DNA from: Deltaproteobacteria bacterium
GTDB lineage: Bacteria > Desulfobacterota > Binatia > Binatales > Binataceae
Assembly: GCA_021817345.1 (NCBI GenBank)
Contig: JAKAVC010000099.1
Location: 18,338-82,337 of the forward strand
Direction: 5' to 3'
DNA: 64,000 nt
In this document: positions 1 through 9,590 of the stretch, one piece after another
How the letters are laid out: each line of letters begins with the position of its first letter
Numbering within the stretch: the first letter of the stretch is position 1
Notes under the pieces: generated by a model
Seen by the model: only the letters and a program-made list of their open reading frames with translations
What the model was told of the DNA's origin: nothing
Database searches by the model: none
Position numbers and translations under genes: made by a program

Positions 1-630
1 TCGCGGACCGGCTCGTCGAACAACGTGCTTACGCATCCGATCGATCCCGCCGAATGGGAATCGCTTCCGGCGACCTCGGCGATGCCGAGAATCCGCGCGA
101 CGCGCAGCGCGAACAGATTCTCTTCTTCGGAGCACGCGCCGTTCAGGACCTCGATCGCATCGACCATTTCGAAGATGGGCAGTTTCGCGGCGCGCTCCGG
201 ATGCTCGGGGTCGATCGGCTCCTGGTCGGGATTGATGAACGAGAAGCGCGCATCGAGCTTGTAGCGGAAGGGATGATTGGCGATGAGAATGCCGCCCTCG
301 GCGTTGACGATCTTGCGAAGCTCGCCGAGCTTGTAGATCCCGCCGATATAGCGCTGCAGGCCGAAGACGCCGATATGCCCCATGTCGGTCGTGACTTCCA
401 TTCCGCGCAGGAAACGCACGTCGGAAGCCTCGGCGACCTCGGGCGTCTCCTTGAGGTCCCACATGTTGTCGTGCTCGGTGATGCAGATTGCGCCGATCCC
501 GATCGAGCGCGCGCGCTCGAGCATCGCCACGGGCGAAAGATTGGAGTCCGAGCTGCCGCGGCTCGTGTGCAGATGAAGATCAACGGTGAAGTAGGGCCCC
601 GTCGGGTGCCCGCTTCGCGACTGCGGCATG
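1..630 (-). CDS. PHP-domain metal-dependent phosphoesterase (histidinol-phosphatase-like), C-terminus runs off the window edge
   Basis: The minus-strand frame starts at ATG 628-630 and reads MPQSRSGHPTGPYFTVDLHLHTSRGSSDS..., which carries the PHP DLHxHT motif. It is absent from the ORF track because it is truncated at position 1. The track ORF 54..1364(+) is its antisense. Confidence 0.6.
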
Positions 631-641
631 ACGGTCGAAAC

Positions 642-1214
642 CTACCTGGGAAGTTCCGAGCTGAGCGTGATTTTCTTCATGTGGTCGCCGACCTTGATTT
701 TGTCGACGACGTCCATCCCTTCGACCACGCCGCCGAAAATCGTGTACTGGCCGTCGAGTCCCGGCTGCGGCTCGAGGCAGATGTAGAACTGGCTGCCGCT
801 GGAGCGGCGCTCGGGATTGACCTGGTCGCTCTTTCGCGCCATCGCGACCGTGCCGCGCAGGTGATGCTCCTTGGGATCGATCTCGGCCGGCAGGTCGTAG
901 CCCGGGCCGCCCATCCCGGTGCCGTCGGGATCGCCGCCCTGGACGACGAAGCCCGGGACGACGCGATGGAAAGTCAGGCCGTTGTAAAAGCCCTTTCGCA
1001 CCAGCGTCTCGAAGTTCTCGACGGTCTTGGGAGCAACCTTCGGATAGAGCTCGATTACGAAAGTTCCCCGCTCGGTTTCGACTATCGCGTAATGTCCTGT
1101 GTTGCGCACCGGCACTCCGTCAAGCCTCGGCCCCGCTCCATGGCACGCGGACGCGAACAGTCCCATCGTCATCGTGACGGCAAGGCAGGCGGCCAGATAG
1201 ATTTTGTTCCTCAT
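642..1214 (-). CDS. Cyclophilin-type peptidyl-prolyl cis-trans isomerase, lipoprotein
   Basis: Cyclophilin motifs FHRVVPGFVVQGGDP and GGPGY are present. The start was chosen at MRNKIYLAACLAVTMTMGLFASAC (signal peptide plus lipobox, ATG at 1212-1214). The track ORF extends further upstream to 1349. Confidence 0.8.
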   Translation of the reverse strand: MRNKIYLAACLAVTMTMGLFASACHGAGPRLDGVPVRNTGHYAIVETERGTFVIELYPKVAPKTVENFETLVRKGFYNGLTFHRVVPGFVVQGGDPDGTGMGGPGYDLPAEIDPKEHHLRGTVAMARKSDQVNPERRSSGSQFYICLEPQPGLDGQYTIFGGVVEGMDVVDKIKVGDHMKKITLSSELPR

Positions 1215-1348
1215 CTGAAATGCCGCGCCCTTGCGCGGCTCCCATTGAACTATTCGACCGAGGCAGTCGCGCGCAAGTATTTTCATCGCGCGGCGCCCGG
1301 GCAAAATCCGAAACGCGGTGGTGGACATCGCGATACCGAGGCGGCACA

Positions 1349-2602
1349 ATGCGCCTCGCGATGACGCAATGGTTCGATACGGCGCGTTTCGGAATGTTCA
1401 TCCACTGGGCGCCCGCGAGCCAGCGCGGATGGGAACTATCGTGGCCGCTGACCGGCGGGCTCGGCGCGCTGCCGCATTGCGAGAGCGTTGCGGTCGCCGA
1501 GTATCATTCGGCCGCGCGCACTTTCAATCCCGTCCGTTACGACCCTCGTGCGTGGGCGCGGCTCGCGCGGCGGGCCGGGATGAAATACGCGGTGCTGACG
1601 TCGAAGCATCACGACGGCTACGCGATGTTCCATACCGCCAGCTCCGAGTACTCAGTCGAGCACTCGCCGTTTCACCGCGACATCGTCGGCGAGTTCGCCG
1701 AGGCGTTTCGCGCCGAGGGACTTCGCGTCGGCCTCTATTTCTCGCTCATCGACTGGCATCATCCCGACTACCCGCCGTTCACCGACGCTGACAAGCCGTA
1801 CCGCTTCGACTCGATACGCCGGCCGTCTGCCGATAAGTGGGAGCGGTTCATCGCCGCGATGTTCGCGCAGGTGCGCGAACTGCTTACGAACTACGGCCGG
1901 ATCGATCTTTTGTGGTTCGACGGCGGATGGGAACGGACCGCCGAGGAATGGCATGCGCGCGAGCTGGTCGCGATGATCCGATCGCTCCAGCCCGAAATCC
2001 TTATCAACGATCGCCTGCCCGGCTTCGGCGATTTCGCGACGCCCGAGCAGGCGGTGCCGCCAAGGCCGCCCGAAGGCCCCTGGGAAACCTGCCTGACGAT
2101 CAACGATAGCTGGGGCTACAACCCCTCCGATCGCAATCTGAAGTCGCCGCGTTCGCTCATCCATACGCTGTGCGAAGTGGCGGGCAAGGGCGGAAATCTG
2201 CTTCTCAACGTAAGCCCGACGGGAGATGGCGCGCTCCCGCCCGAGCACGTCGAGCGGCTTGAAGCGTTCGCGCGATGGATGGAACAAAACGGCGAGAGTA
2301 TCGCGGACACCGCGCCGGGACTCGAACCGTGGCAGTTCTACGGTCCCTCGACGCGCCGCGGCAACCGCCTGTACTTGCATCTGCTGATGCGCCCGTATGA
2401 GGCCGTATCGGTGCGCGGCGTGCGCGTCAGGCAGGTCAAATCCGTCCACGCGCTCGGCTCGGGCGAAGAGCTTCGCTTCACGAAACGAGTCGCCGCGGTG
2501 GACGCGCTGTTCAACTCCGATCCGAGCGGCGAGTTGGTGATCGATGTTCCCGAGCGCGTTCTGGACCCGGATGCGACCGTGCTTGCGCTCGATTTCGCCT
2601 AG
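1349..2602 (+). CDS. Alpha-L-fucosidase (GH29)
   Basis: GH29 hallmarks FGMFIHWAP, KHHDGYAMF and DLLWFDGGW are present. The start is MRLAMTQWF at ATG 1349. No signal peptide is evident. Confidence 0.8.
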   Translation: MRLAMTQWFDTARFGMFIHWAPASQRGWELSWPLTGGLGALPHCESVAVAEYHSAARTFNPVRYDPRAWARLARRAGMKYAVLTSKHHDGYAMFHTASSEYSVEHSPFHRDIVGEFAEAFRAEGLRVGLYFSLIDWHHPDYPPFTDADKPYRFDSIRRPSADKWERFIAAMFAQVRELLTNYGRIDLLWFDGGWERTAEEWHARELVAMIRSLQPEILINDRLPGFGDFATPEQAVPPRPPEGPWETCLTINDSWGYNPSDRNLKSPRSLIHTLCEVAGKGGNLLLNVSPTGDGALPPEHVERLEAFARWMEQNGESIADTAPGLEPWQFYGPSTRRGNRLYLHLLMRPYEAVSVRGVRVRQVKSVHALGSGEELRFTKRVAAVDALFNSDPSGELVIDVPERVLDPDATVLALDFA

Positions 2603-2656
2603 CGTCGAGACATCCGTACGAGAGTCCGGCCCGCACGGAACGAGAACCGCGCGACT

Positions 2657-3688
2657 TCAGGCCAAATCCCAGTATTTGCCGACGCTCTGAAGCGCCCGCT
2701 CGATTATCGGCATCACGCGGTCGCCTCGCGGCGGATTCTGAAGGGGTTCGTCGGCCTCGCGCCCGAATTCCTCGAGCACCGCCCTGCCCGAGTTGGCGAG
2801 CGCTTCGAGATCGTAGCCGCCTTCGAGCACCGCGACGACCTTGCCGCCGCAGCTCTCAGCGGCAAGCCGCCTGACCCGGCGCGCCATCTGCTCGAAGCCC
2901 GTCTCCGTCACCTCCATCGCGCCGAGCGGGTCGCGGAAATGGCAATCGAATCCTGCCGACACCAGGATGAACTCGGGCTTGAAGGCACGCCCGATCGGCA
3001 GGATCAGCTCGTCGAAAACGCGAAGATATTCGGGGTCGCCGAACCCCGCGGGCATCGGCGCATTGACCGTGTAGCCGATACCCTCGCCCGCGCCCATATC
3101 GTAAAGCGAACCGGTTCCGGGGTAGTGCGGATACTGATGGGTCGAGACGTAGAGCAGGTTTTTTGACTTGTAGAAGATGTCTTGCGTGCCGTTGCCATGA
3201 TGGAGGTCCCAATCGACCACCATCACCCTCTCAAGCCCTCTCTTGAGCAGCCACGAGGCGGCTATCGCGACGTTGTTGAAGAAGCAGAAGCCCATCGCGC
3301 GATTGGGAAGCGCGTGATGCCCGGGCGGACGGACGATCGCAAAGGCATTGTCGGCTCCGCCTTCGAACACCGCCTCGACCGCTGTAAGCGCGCCGCCCGC
3401 GGCGAGCAACGCGGCGCTGTACGTGTCGCGCGAGGTGTGAGTGTCGGCGTCGAAATCGTAGCGGTCCACGTGCGAGGTCTTCTCGACCAGCGCGATATAG
3501 TCGCTGGTGTGGCATAGCGCGATTTCCTCGAGCGTGGCTTCGCGCGGCGGGCAGAAGTCAAGTCCGGCGCGCTCGAGGCTTTCCGCCATCTCAATCATAA
3601 CTCTCACACGCTCGGGGCGCTCGGGATGGGCCCGGCCGGCAAAATGCTTCAGATAACGGCGGTCGGTTACGATTGCGGTTTTAACCAT
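2657..3688 (-). CDS. Histone deacetylase / acetoin-utilization AcuC family amidohydrolase
   Basis: HDAC motifs GFCFFNNVAIAA, HHGNGTQ and YPGTG are present. The track start at 3697 is GTG; the ATG (MVKTAIV) at 3688 is more likely. Confidence 0.8.
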   Translation of the reverse strand: MVKTAIVTDRRYLKHFAGRAHPERPERVRVMIEMAESLERAGLDFCPPREATLEEIALCHTSDYIALVEKTSHVDRYDFDADTHTSRDTYSAALLAAGGALTAVEAVFEGGADNAFAIVRPPGHHALPNRAMGFCFFNNVAIAASWLLKRGLERVMVVDWDLHHGNGTQDIFYKSKNLLYVSTHQYPHYPGTGSLYDMGAGEGIGYTVNAPMPAGFGDPEYLRVFDELILPIGRAFKPEFILVSAGFDCHFRDPLGAMEVTETGFEQMARRVRRLAAESCGGKVVAVLEGGYDLEALANSGRAVLEEFGREADEPLQNPPRGDRVMPIIERALQSVGKYWDLA

Positions 3689-3776
3689 CGTTGACACCCC
3701 GACGGGCGATCATGTTTGATTATAGACGGGAGCTGCGTCGACAGGCACGCGCGCCGTCGCTTTCAGGAAGCGGAAT

Positions 3777-4058
3777 TTGGGCATTACCGAAATAATACTG
3801 ATTCTTGTCGTGGCGCTGATTGTCGTGGGCCCCGAGGGCCTGCCCGATTTCCTGCGGGCCGCTGGCAAGATAGTGCGCGAGTTGCAATCCGCCGGAAACA
3901 CCGTGATGCGCGAATTGACCGAGGCGGTCGATGAGCCGCGCCGCGCGCTCAACGAACTCAATCCTCTTGCTCCTAATTCCGGCACGCGAAGTCCGAAGCA
4001 GAACAACTCCGGGCCGGAGCCGGAGAAGAGTCCGGAAGATACGCCAGAGCAACACTAA
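3777..4058 (+). CDS. tatA: Twin-arginine translocase TatA/TatB-family protein
   Basis: The N-terminus MGITEIILILVVALIVVGPEGLP is an N-terminal TM helix plus hinge typical of TatA/B. The start is TTG, preceded by AGGAAG, and the C-tail is amphipathic/acidic. Confidence 0.75.
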   Translation: MGITEIILILVVALIVVGPEGLPDFLRAAGKIVRELQSAGNTVMRELTEAVDEPRRALNELNPLAPNSGTRSPKQNNSGPEPEKSPEDTPEQH

Positions 4059-4067
4059 ACTCTGTTT

Positions 4068-4919
4068 GTGACAGACGAGGAAACGAATCTCCCGACGGAA
4101 TTGCCGGAGGGCGTGGAACTCCCGGACCCCGAGCATATTCCCGACGGCCCCGACGAAGCGCGGATGCCGATAATCGAGCATCTGCGCGAACTCCGCACCC
4201 GCCTGATCCGCGCGCTTATCGCCTTGGTGGTCGGCTTTGCGGTCGCCTATCTGATTTCGGACCAGCTCTTCGCGGCGCTGACCTGGCCGATTCGCGAAGT
4301 CTCGCACGGCAAGGTAATGCTGATCGGAACGGGCGTCGGCGAGGCGTTTTTCACCAAGATAAAGGTGGCGCTGGTCGCCGGGCTGTTCATCGCCAGTCCT
4401 GCGGTATTTTACGAAATCTGGAAGTTCATCGTCCCCGGCCTCTACAAGTCCGAACGGAGGATGGCGGCGCCGTTCATCATCTCGGCGACGATATTCTTCA
4501 TCCTTGGCGGATATTTCTGCTGGGCGGTTGTGTTCAAGGTCGGCTACACGTTCTTCCTGTCGGAGTACGCGAGTATCGGCGTCACCCCCACGATTCGGAT
4601 TAGCGAGTATCTGGCGTTCTCCACGAAGCTGATGCTCGCCTTCGCGCTCACCTTCGAGATGCCCATTTTCGCATACTTCCTGACCCGGCTCGGGATCATC
4701 GACCATCGCATGATGCTGCGCCAGGTCAGCTACGCGGTTCTCGGCATCTTCGTGGTGGCCGCGATGCTGACGCCGCCGGACATGGTCTCGCAGTTCCTGC
4801 TCGCGATACCGCTTTTGCTCCTGTACGCGCTGAGCGTCGGCGTGTCGTATTTGTTCCGGCTGCCTCACGAAGAACCGGCGCCGGCCGCCGAAGGTTCCGA
4901 CGGTCCCGAAGTTTCCTGA
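4068..4919 (+). CDS. tatC: Twin-arginine translocase subunit TatC (copy 1)
   Basis: The sequence MPIIEHLRELRTRLIRALIALVVGFAVAY... has the six-TM TatC architecture and an acidic N-terminal extension. Confidence 0.9.
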   Translation: MTDEETNLPTELPEGVELPDPEHIPDGPDEARMPIIEHLRELRTRLIRALIALVVGFAVAYLISDQLFAALTWPIREVSHGKVMLIGTGVGEAFFTKIKVALVAGLFIASPAVFYEIWKFIVPGLYKSERRMAAPFIISATIFFILGGYFCWAVVFKVGYTFFLSEYASIGVTPTIRISEYLAFSTKLMLAFALTFEMPIFAYFLTRLGIIDHRMMLRQVSYAVLGIFVVAAMLTPPDMVSQFLLAIPLLLLYALSVGVSYLFRLPHEEPAPAAEGSDGPEVS

Positions 4920-5055
4920 GCGTCTCGTCGTTCCCCGGAAAAGCCATAACGCCCTTAAGATGAGCGAGCATGAGCGGGCGCGACAAGCGCAAGCGCCCGT
5001 CGCGGACCGAATCTGGCTTACCCACAGGGCCGGGCGTAACATTTACCTTGGGTAA

Positions 5056-5090
5056 GGGAATTTGGGGCATTTTCGAAAATGGTGCTGAAC
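5056..5090 (+). pseudogene. Vestigial tatA 5' end (RBS plus first codons) left between the tatC paralogs
   Basis: gggaatttggggcattttcgaaaatggtgctg matches cggaatttgggcattaccgaaataatactg at 3770-3803 (the tatA RBS and start). The reading frame is lost immediately after. Confidence 0.4.
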
Positions 5091-5133
5091 CCTCCCCAGA
5101 TCTGAACTCGAAAGCGCAGTAACGCTTCAGCCC

Positions 5134-5973
5134 GTGGAGAACGAGGAAAGCAACCAGACCGAGCCTGCGGAGAACGTCGAGTTCCTCGAAGGCGAGCAAT
5201 CACCCGACGGTCCCGACCTGGCGCGCATGCCGATACTCGAGCATCTGCGCGAACTCCGCACCCGCCTGATCCGCTCGCTTATCGCGCTGGCGGCCGGCTT
5301 TGCGGTCGCCTATGCGATCTCCGATCAACTGTTCGCCGCGCTCACTCTGCCGCTTCGCGAAGTCGCGCACGGCAAGCTGCTCCTTATCGGAACCGGCGTC
5401 GGCGAGGCGTTCTTCACCAAGATAAAAGTGGCGCTGATAGCCGGCCTGTTTATCGCAAGCCCGGCGGTCTTCTACGAGGTCTGGAAATTCATCGCGCCCG
5501 GACTTTACAAGTCCGAGCGCCGGATGGCGGCGCCGTTCATCCTGTTCGCCACGGCTTTCTTCATCCTGGGCGGCTATTTCTGCTGGGCGGTGGTGTTCAA
5601 AGTCGGCTACGCGTTTTTCATCCACGAATACGCCACGATTGGCGTGACGCCCACGATTCGAATCAGCGAATACCTGGCGTTCTCGGCCAAGCTGATGCTC
5701 GCCTTCGGGGTCACGTTCGAGATGCCTATCTTTGCCTACTTCCTGACCCGCCTGGGCATGATCGACCATCGGATGATGGTGCACTACTTCAAATATGCAT
5801 TTCTTGGCATCTTTGTCGTGTCCGCGATTCTGACCCCGCCCGGGTTCGTCGCGCAGTTCCTGCTCGCGATACCACTTCTCCTCCTGTACGCGGTCAGTAT
5901 AGGAGTCGCCTACGTGTTTCGTTTGCCCGAGGGCGAAACCGAACCGGCCGCCTTGGGACCGGGAGTCTCCTGA
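5134..5973 (+). CDS. tatC: Twin-arginine translocase subunit TatC (copy 2, tandem paralog)
   Basis: It is about 85% identical to copy 1 across the TatC core (MPILEHLRELRTRLIRSLIALAAGFAVAY...). The N- and C-terminal tails differ. Confidence 0.9.
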   Translation: MENEESNQTEPAENVEFLEGEQSPDGPDLARMPILEHLRELRTRLIRSLIALAAGFAVAYAISDQLFAALTLPLREVAHGKLLLIGTGVGEAFFTKIKVALIAGLFIASPAVFYEVWKFIAPGLYKSERRMAAPFILFATAFFILGGYFCWAVVFKVGYAFFIHEYATIGVTPTIRISEYLAFSAKLMLAFGVTFEMPIFAYFLTRLGMIDHRMMVHYFKYAFLGIFVVSAILTPPGFVAQFLLAIPLLLLYAVSIGVAYVFRLPEGETEPAALGPGVS

Positions 5974-6007
5974 ATCCTGCGGCACTGAACCTTCGAAAGG
6001 GAAAAGA

Positions 6008-8404
6008 ATGGCCATTATAGATGAGTTTCCGAAGGCATACGGCGCTCCTGGTATTCCCCCTCGGTGGACCCGTAGCGCAAAGGATATCGTCGGCACCGCC
6101 TATTCGACCTCGAGTCGCGTGTGGTTCACGGCTTCCAAGGGCGTCTTGAACGAAATTTATTTCCCGACGATCGACATGCCGCAGGTGCGTGACGTCCAGT
6201 TCCTGGTGACCGACGGCGAAACCTTCTTCCACGAGGAACGCCGCAACCTCGAAAGCCGCACCGAGTATATCGGCGAGTACGGACTTGGCGTGCGCGTCAC
6301 CATGAACGACCCGGAGGGCCGCTACAGCTTCATCAAAGAAGTTATCTCCGACCCGCACAACTCGTGCGTTTTGATCGACGCGCGGCTCGAAGGCGACCCG
6401 GCTTTCCTCGCGCGTCTTCAACTGTACGTGCTGGTCGCCCCGCATCTTGGGGTCGGCGGATGGGGCAACAACGGCAACTTCGCGCGAATCCACGGGCGCG
6501 AGTTCCTGACCGCGCACAAGGAGGGCGTATGGCTGTCGGTCGCGGCCACGGTTCCGTTCGCCAAGCGTTCATGCGGATACGTGGGTACGACCGACGGATG
6601 GCAGGATCTCGCGACCAACTTCAGGCTCGACCATGAATTCGCCTCGGCCACCGACGGCAATATCGCTCTAATCGGCCAGTTGGACCTGAGCGAAACGCGT
6701 TCGTTCACGCTCGGACTTGGCTTCGGCCGCACCCTCCATCGCTCGGTCACAACCCTGTTCCAAGCGCTCGGAATTCCGTTCGGCAACCATCGCGCGCGTT
6801 TCCTTGAGCAATGGAGCCGCGCCTGCATGCATTTCCTGCCGCTCGAGCGCTTTTCCAGCGACGGCGGATGCCTTTACCGGCGAAGCCGCGAACTGTTGCT
6901 CGCGCATGAGGACAAGAGCTACCCGGGCGCGATGATCGCCTCGCTAAGTATCCCGTGGGGCGAGGCCAAGGGCGACGAGGATCTCGGCGGCTACCACCTG
7001 GTATGGACGCGCGACATGGTCAACAGCGCGACCGGCTTGCTTGCCGCCGGCGACCCGCAGACCGGGGTCCGCGCGCTCATCTACCTGGCCTGTTCGCAGA
7101 AGCCCGACGGCGGTTTCCCGCAGAACTTCTGGATCGACGGCGAGCCCTACTGGAACGGGATACAACTCGACGAGGTCGCCTACCCGATAATGCTGGCCTG
7201 GCGGCTGCATCGGTACGAGGCGCTCCGGGAGTTCGACGCGTACCCGATGGTCAGGATGGCGGCGCGCTACCTGATTGAAAACGGCCCGGCCACGCCGCAG
7301 GAACGATGGGAGGAAAACAGCGGCTATTCGCCCTCGACGCTTGCCTCCAATATCGCCGCGCTGATCTGCGCCGCCTCCCTGGCGCTGGAACGCGGCGACG
7401 AGGCAACCGCGCAATATCTCGGCGAATACGCGGATTTCCTCGAGTCGCACGTCGAGGCCTGGACCGTCACCAATAACGGCACGCTGGTTCCCGGCATCAA
7501 GCGCCATTACGTGCGCATCAACCCGGTAGACCCAAACAATCCCGAACCCGACGAAGATCTCGACCGCGCGACGGTCCTTATCCACAACCGACCGCCCGGA
7601 ACGCAATCGGTCTTTCCCGCGGCCGAGATCGTCGATGCTGGTTTTCTCGAACTGGTCCGCTACGGAATCCGCAAGGCCGGCGACCCGCTGATAGAGGACT
7701 CGCTCAAGGTGATCGATGCGGCGCTGCGCGTGGATTTTCCCGCCGGCCCGTGCTGGCGGCGCTACACACACGACGGCTACGGCCAGCGTGACGACGGCGG
7801 ACCGTACCTGGGATGGGGACGGGGACGGCCGTGGCCGCTTCTGACCGGCGAGCGCGGGCATTACGAACTAGCCGCGGGGCGCGACCCGAAGCCTTATATC
7901 CGCGCGATGGAGGCGTTTGCGAATCATACCCAGCTTCTGCCCGAGCAGATCTGGGACCAACCCGACATCCCCGATCAGCTCCTCTTCTATGGGATGCAGA
8001 CCGGAGCGGCGACGCCGCTTATGTGGGCGCACGCGGAGTATATCAAGCTGCTCCGCTCGGCCGCCGACGGCAAAACTTTCGACCTGATTCCCGAAGTCGC
8101 CGAGCGCTACCAGTCGCGTCGGCGGCGCAAGACTATCGAGTTCTGGAAGTTCAACCGCCATGTCCGTTCGCTCGCGCCCGGCACGACGCTCAGAATCCAG
8201 GCCGGGGCGCCGTTCATCCTGCATTGGACGCGCGACGACTGGCGCTCGAGTATCGACACCTCCGCGACCATGACTCCGCTCGGGATCGGCCACGTCGATA
8301 TCGAGGTATCGCGCTCGCAGCGCGCGCCGATCCGCTTCACATTCTACTGGAAGGAAACCGGCCAGTGGCAGAATCAGGATTTCGCCGTCGAAGTCATGGC
8401 ATAG
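6008..8404 (+). CDS. Glycoside hydrolase family 15 (glucoamylase / glucodextranase-like), 798 aa
   Basis: WTRDMVNSATGLL, QKPDGGFPQNFWIDGEPYWNGIQLDEVAYPI and the (alpha/alpha)6 catalytic region are present, with an N-terminal beta-sandwich region. ATG 6008 has an RBS and there is no signal peptide. Confidence 0.85.
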   Translation: MAIIDEFPKAYGAPGIPPRWTRSAKDIVGTAYSTSSRVWFTASKGVLNEIYFPTIDMPQVRDVQFLVTDGETFFHEERRNLESRTEYIGEYGLGVRVTMNDPEGRYSFIKEVISDPHNSCVLIDARLEGDPAFLARLQLYVLVAPHLGVGGWGNNGNFARIHGREFLTAHKEGVWLSVAATVPFAKRSCGYVGTTDGWQDLATNFRLDHEFASATDGNIALIGQLDLSETRSFTLGLGFGRTLHRSVTTLFQALGIPFGNHRARFLEQWSRACMHFLPLERFSSDGGCLYRRSRELLLAHEDKSYPGAMIASLSIPWGEAKGDEDLGGYHLVWTRDMVNSATGLLAAGDPQTGVRALIYLACSQKPDGGFPQNFWIDGEPYWNGIQLDEVAYPIMLAWRLHRYEALREFDAYPMVRMAARYLIENGPATPQERWEENSGYSPSTLASNIAALICAASLALERGDEATAQYLGEYADFLESHVEAWTVTNNGTLVPGIKRHYVRINPVDPNNPEPDEDLDRATVLIHNRPPGTQSVFPAAEIVDAGFLELVRYGIRKAGDPLIEDSLKVIDAALRVDFPAGPCWRRYTHDGYGQRDDGGPYLGWGRGRPWPLLTGERGHYELAAGRDPKPYIRAMEAFANHTQLLPEQIWDQPDIPDQLLFYGMQTGAATPLMWAHAEYIKLLRSAADGKTFDLIPEVAERYQSRRRRKTIEFWKFNRHVRSLAPGTTLRIQAGAPFILHWTRDDWRSSIDTSATMTPLGIGHVDIEVSRSQRAPIRFTFYWKETGQWQNQDFAVEVMA

Positions 8405-8687
8405 CGGCCGAGCCGGACGAGTCGATTTCGCGGATGGAAAATCGTCCGCGCAGCGAATTGAGCATCGCGCGCACCTCGGGCTCGGTTTCGGCGGAAAAGT
8501 ACAGGCACAGGTGATGGCGCTGGGGATCTTCCGTACGGAGCGTCACGAGGTTGTCGTAGGACTCGACGATGGCCTTGAAGAGCGCGATATCGCGGGGCGC
8601 GAGCGCAAAAATGATCTTCGCGATCCCGCCCGGCGGGGCCGGCATTTTGGCGGTGTTCGTGCGGCGCTCGTCCGTTTCCATGCTCAT
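8394..8687 (-). CDS. Small conserved protein, DUF4911-like
   Basis: It is 97 aa. The core IIFALAPRDIALFKAIVESYDNLVTLRT...RAMLNSLRGRF resembles the DUF4911 family from memory. It is divergent from the ArsA-like pair with only 15 bp between the track starts, so an internal start (MPAPPGG at 8645) is possible. Confidence 0.45.
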   Translation of the reverse strand: MSMETDERRTNTAKMPAPPGGIAKIIFALAPRDIALFKAIVESYDNLVTLRTEDPQRHHLCLYFSAETEPEVRAMLNSLRGRFSIREIDSSGSAAMP

Positions 8688-8702
8688 GCTACATTCTAGA
8701 CG

Positions 8703-9590
8703 ATGAAGCTTGCGCGGCTAGTCTTCGTAACCGGCAAGGGCGGCACGGGCAAGAGCACCGTTTCGGCGGCGCTCGCGCTCGGGCTTGCCCGCGGATGCGA
8801 CGTCACGCTCGCCGACCTTGATCAGAAGCTTTCCGCCGCGCGATTGCTCGGTGTCCAGCTCAACGGCGGCGAACCGGTTCGCGCATCCTCGCGCCTTCAA
8901 GTAATGGCGCTCGACCCGCGCCTCGAACTGGAAGCCTTTCTTGAGAGAATCGTGCCGATCAAGGCGATCTCGCGCCGGATGCTGCGCAGCCGCACGTTCG
9001 GCTACGTAAGCGCCGCGCTTCCCGGCCTAGAGGCATTCCTGATGCTCGAACGGCTAAGGCTCATGACGGGAGAAAGCGCCGGGCACGGCGGCTATCTGGT
9101 CGTCGACGCACCCGCCTCCGGCAACGCCCTCGAGATGCTTTCCGTCGCCCGCGGGGTCAAGGGAATCGCGCCGCTCGGCACGCTCAACCGGCTCGCTTCC
9201 GAGGTCGAATCGTTCCTCGGCGATCCCGCGCGGTTCTGCGTGCTCCTGACGGTTACGCCCGAGGAGATGGCGATACGCGAGGCGATCGAGACGGCCAAGC
9301 TTCTCAGGGCGAGGCTCGGCATCAGCTCGATCGGCGCGGTTCTCAACGGCGCCGTCCCTCCATTGTTCGACGCCGCCGAACTCGCGGCGCTCTCCGCGAT
9401 GGAAGAGCACGCGCGGCTCGCGCTCAGGAGAAACGCTCTAGCTGAGCATACGGTCGGCGCGCGAGAGCAACTTGCCGCCGGCGGAGTCCGGGTTGTCGAA
9501 CTCCCGATGCTCTTCAGGCCGGCGCTTGGCAAGGCCGAGCTGAGAAGCCTCGGCCTTCGGCTCGCCGAGGGATTTGCGCGTCATACATGA
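8703..9590 (+). CDS. ArsA/Get3-family P-loop ATPase (half-size), variant P-loop
   Basis: The P-loop VFVTGKGGTGKSTVSAALA is a deviant Walker A of the ArsA/ParA class. It is 295 aa and overlaps the next gene by 4 bp (ATGA). Confidence 0.75.
   Translation: MKLARLVFVTGKGGTGKSTVSAALALGLARGCDVTLADLDQKLSAARLLGVQLNGGEPVRASSRLQVMALDPRLELEAFLERIVPIKAISRRMLRSRTFGYVSAALPGLEAFLMLERLRLMTGESAGHGGYLVVDAPASGNALEMLSVARGVKGIAPLGTLNRLASEVESFLGDPARFCVLLTVTPEEMAIREAIETAKLLRARLGISSIGAVLNGAVPPLFDAAELAALSAMEEHARLALRRNALAEHTVGAREQLAAGGVRVVELPMLFRPALGKAELRSLGLRLAEGFARHT

Noticed and set aside
54-1364. 436-aa plus-strand ORF spanning the first 1.3 kb
   Set aside because: It is antisense to two well-supported minus-strand genes (PHP-domain protein and cyclophilin). 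It has no recognisable motifs and the Ala/Arg/Asp-rich composition typical of high-GC shadow ORFs.
3720-6096. Long minus-strand ORFs 3720-5042 (440 aa) and 5200-6096 (298 aa)
   Set aside because: They are antisense shadows of tatA/tatC1 and tatC2. They have extreme Arg/Glu/His composition and no domain.
6944-7861. 305-aa minus-strand ORF inside the GH15 gene
   Set aside because: It is an antisense artefact. The GH15 frame carries the conserved catalytic motifs.
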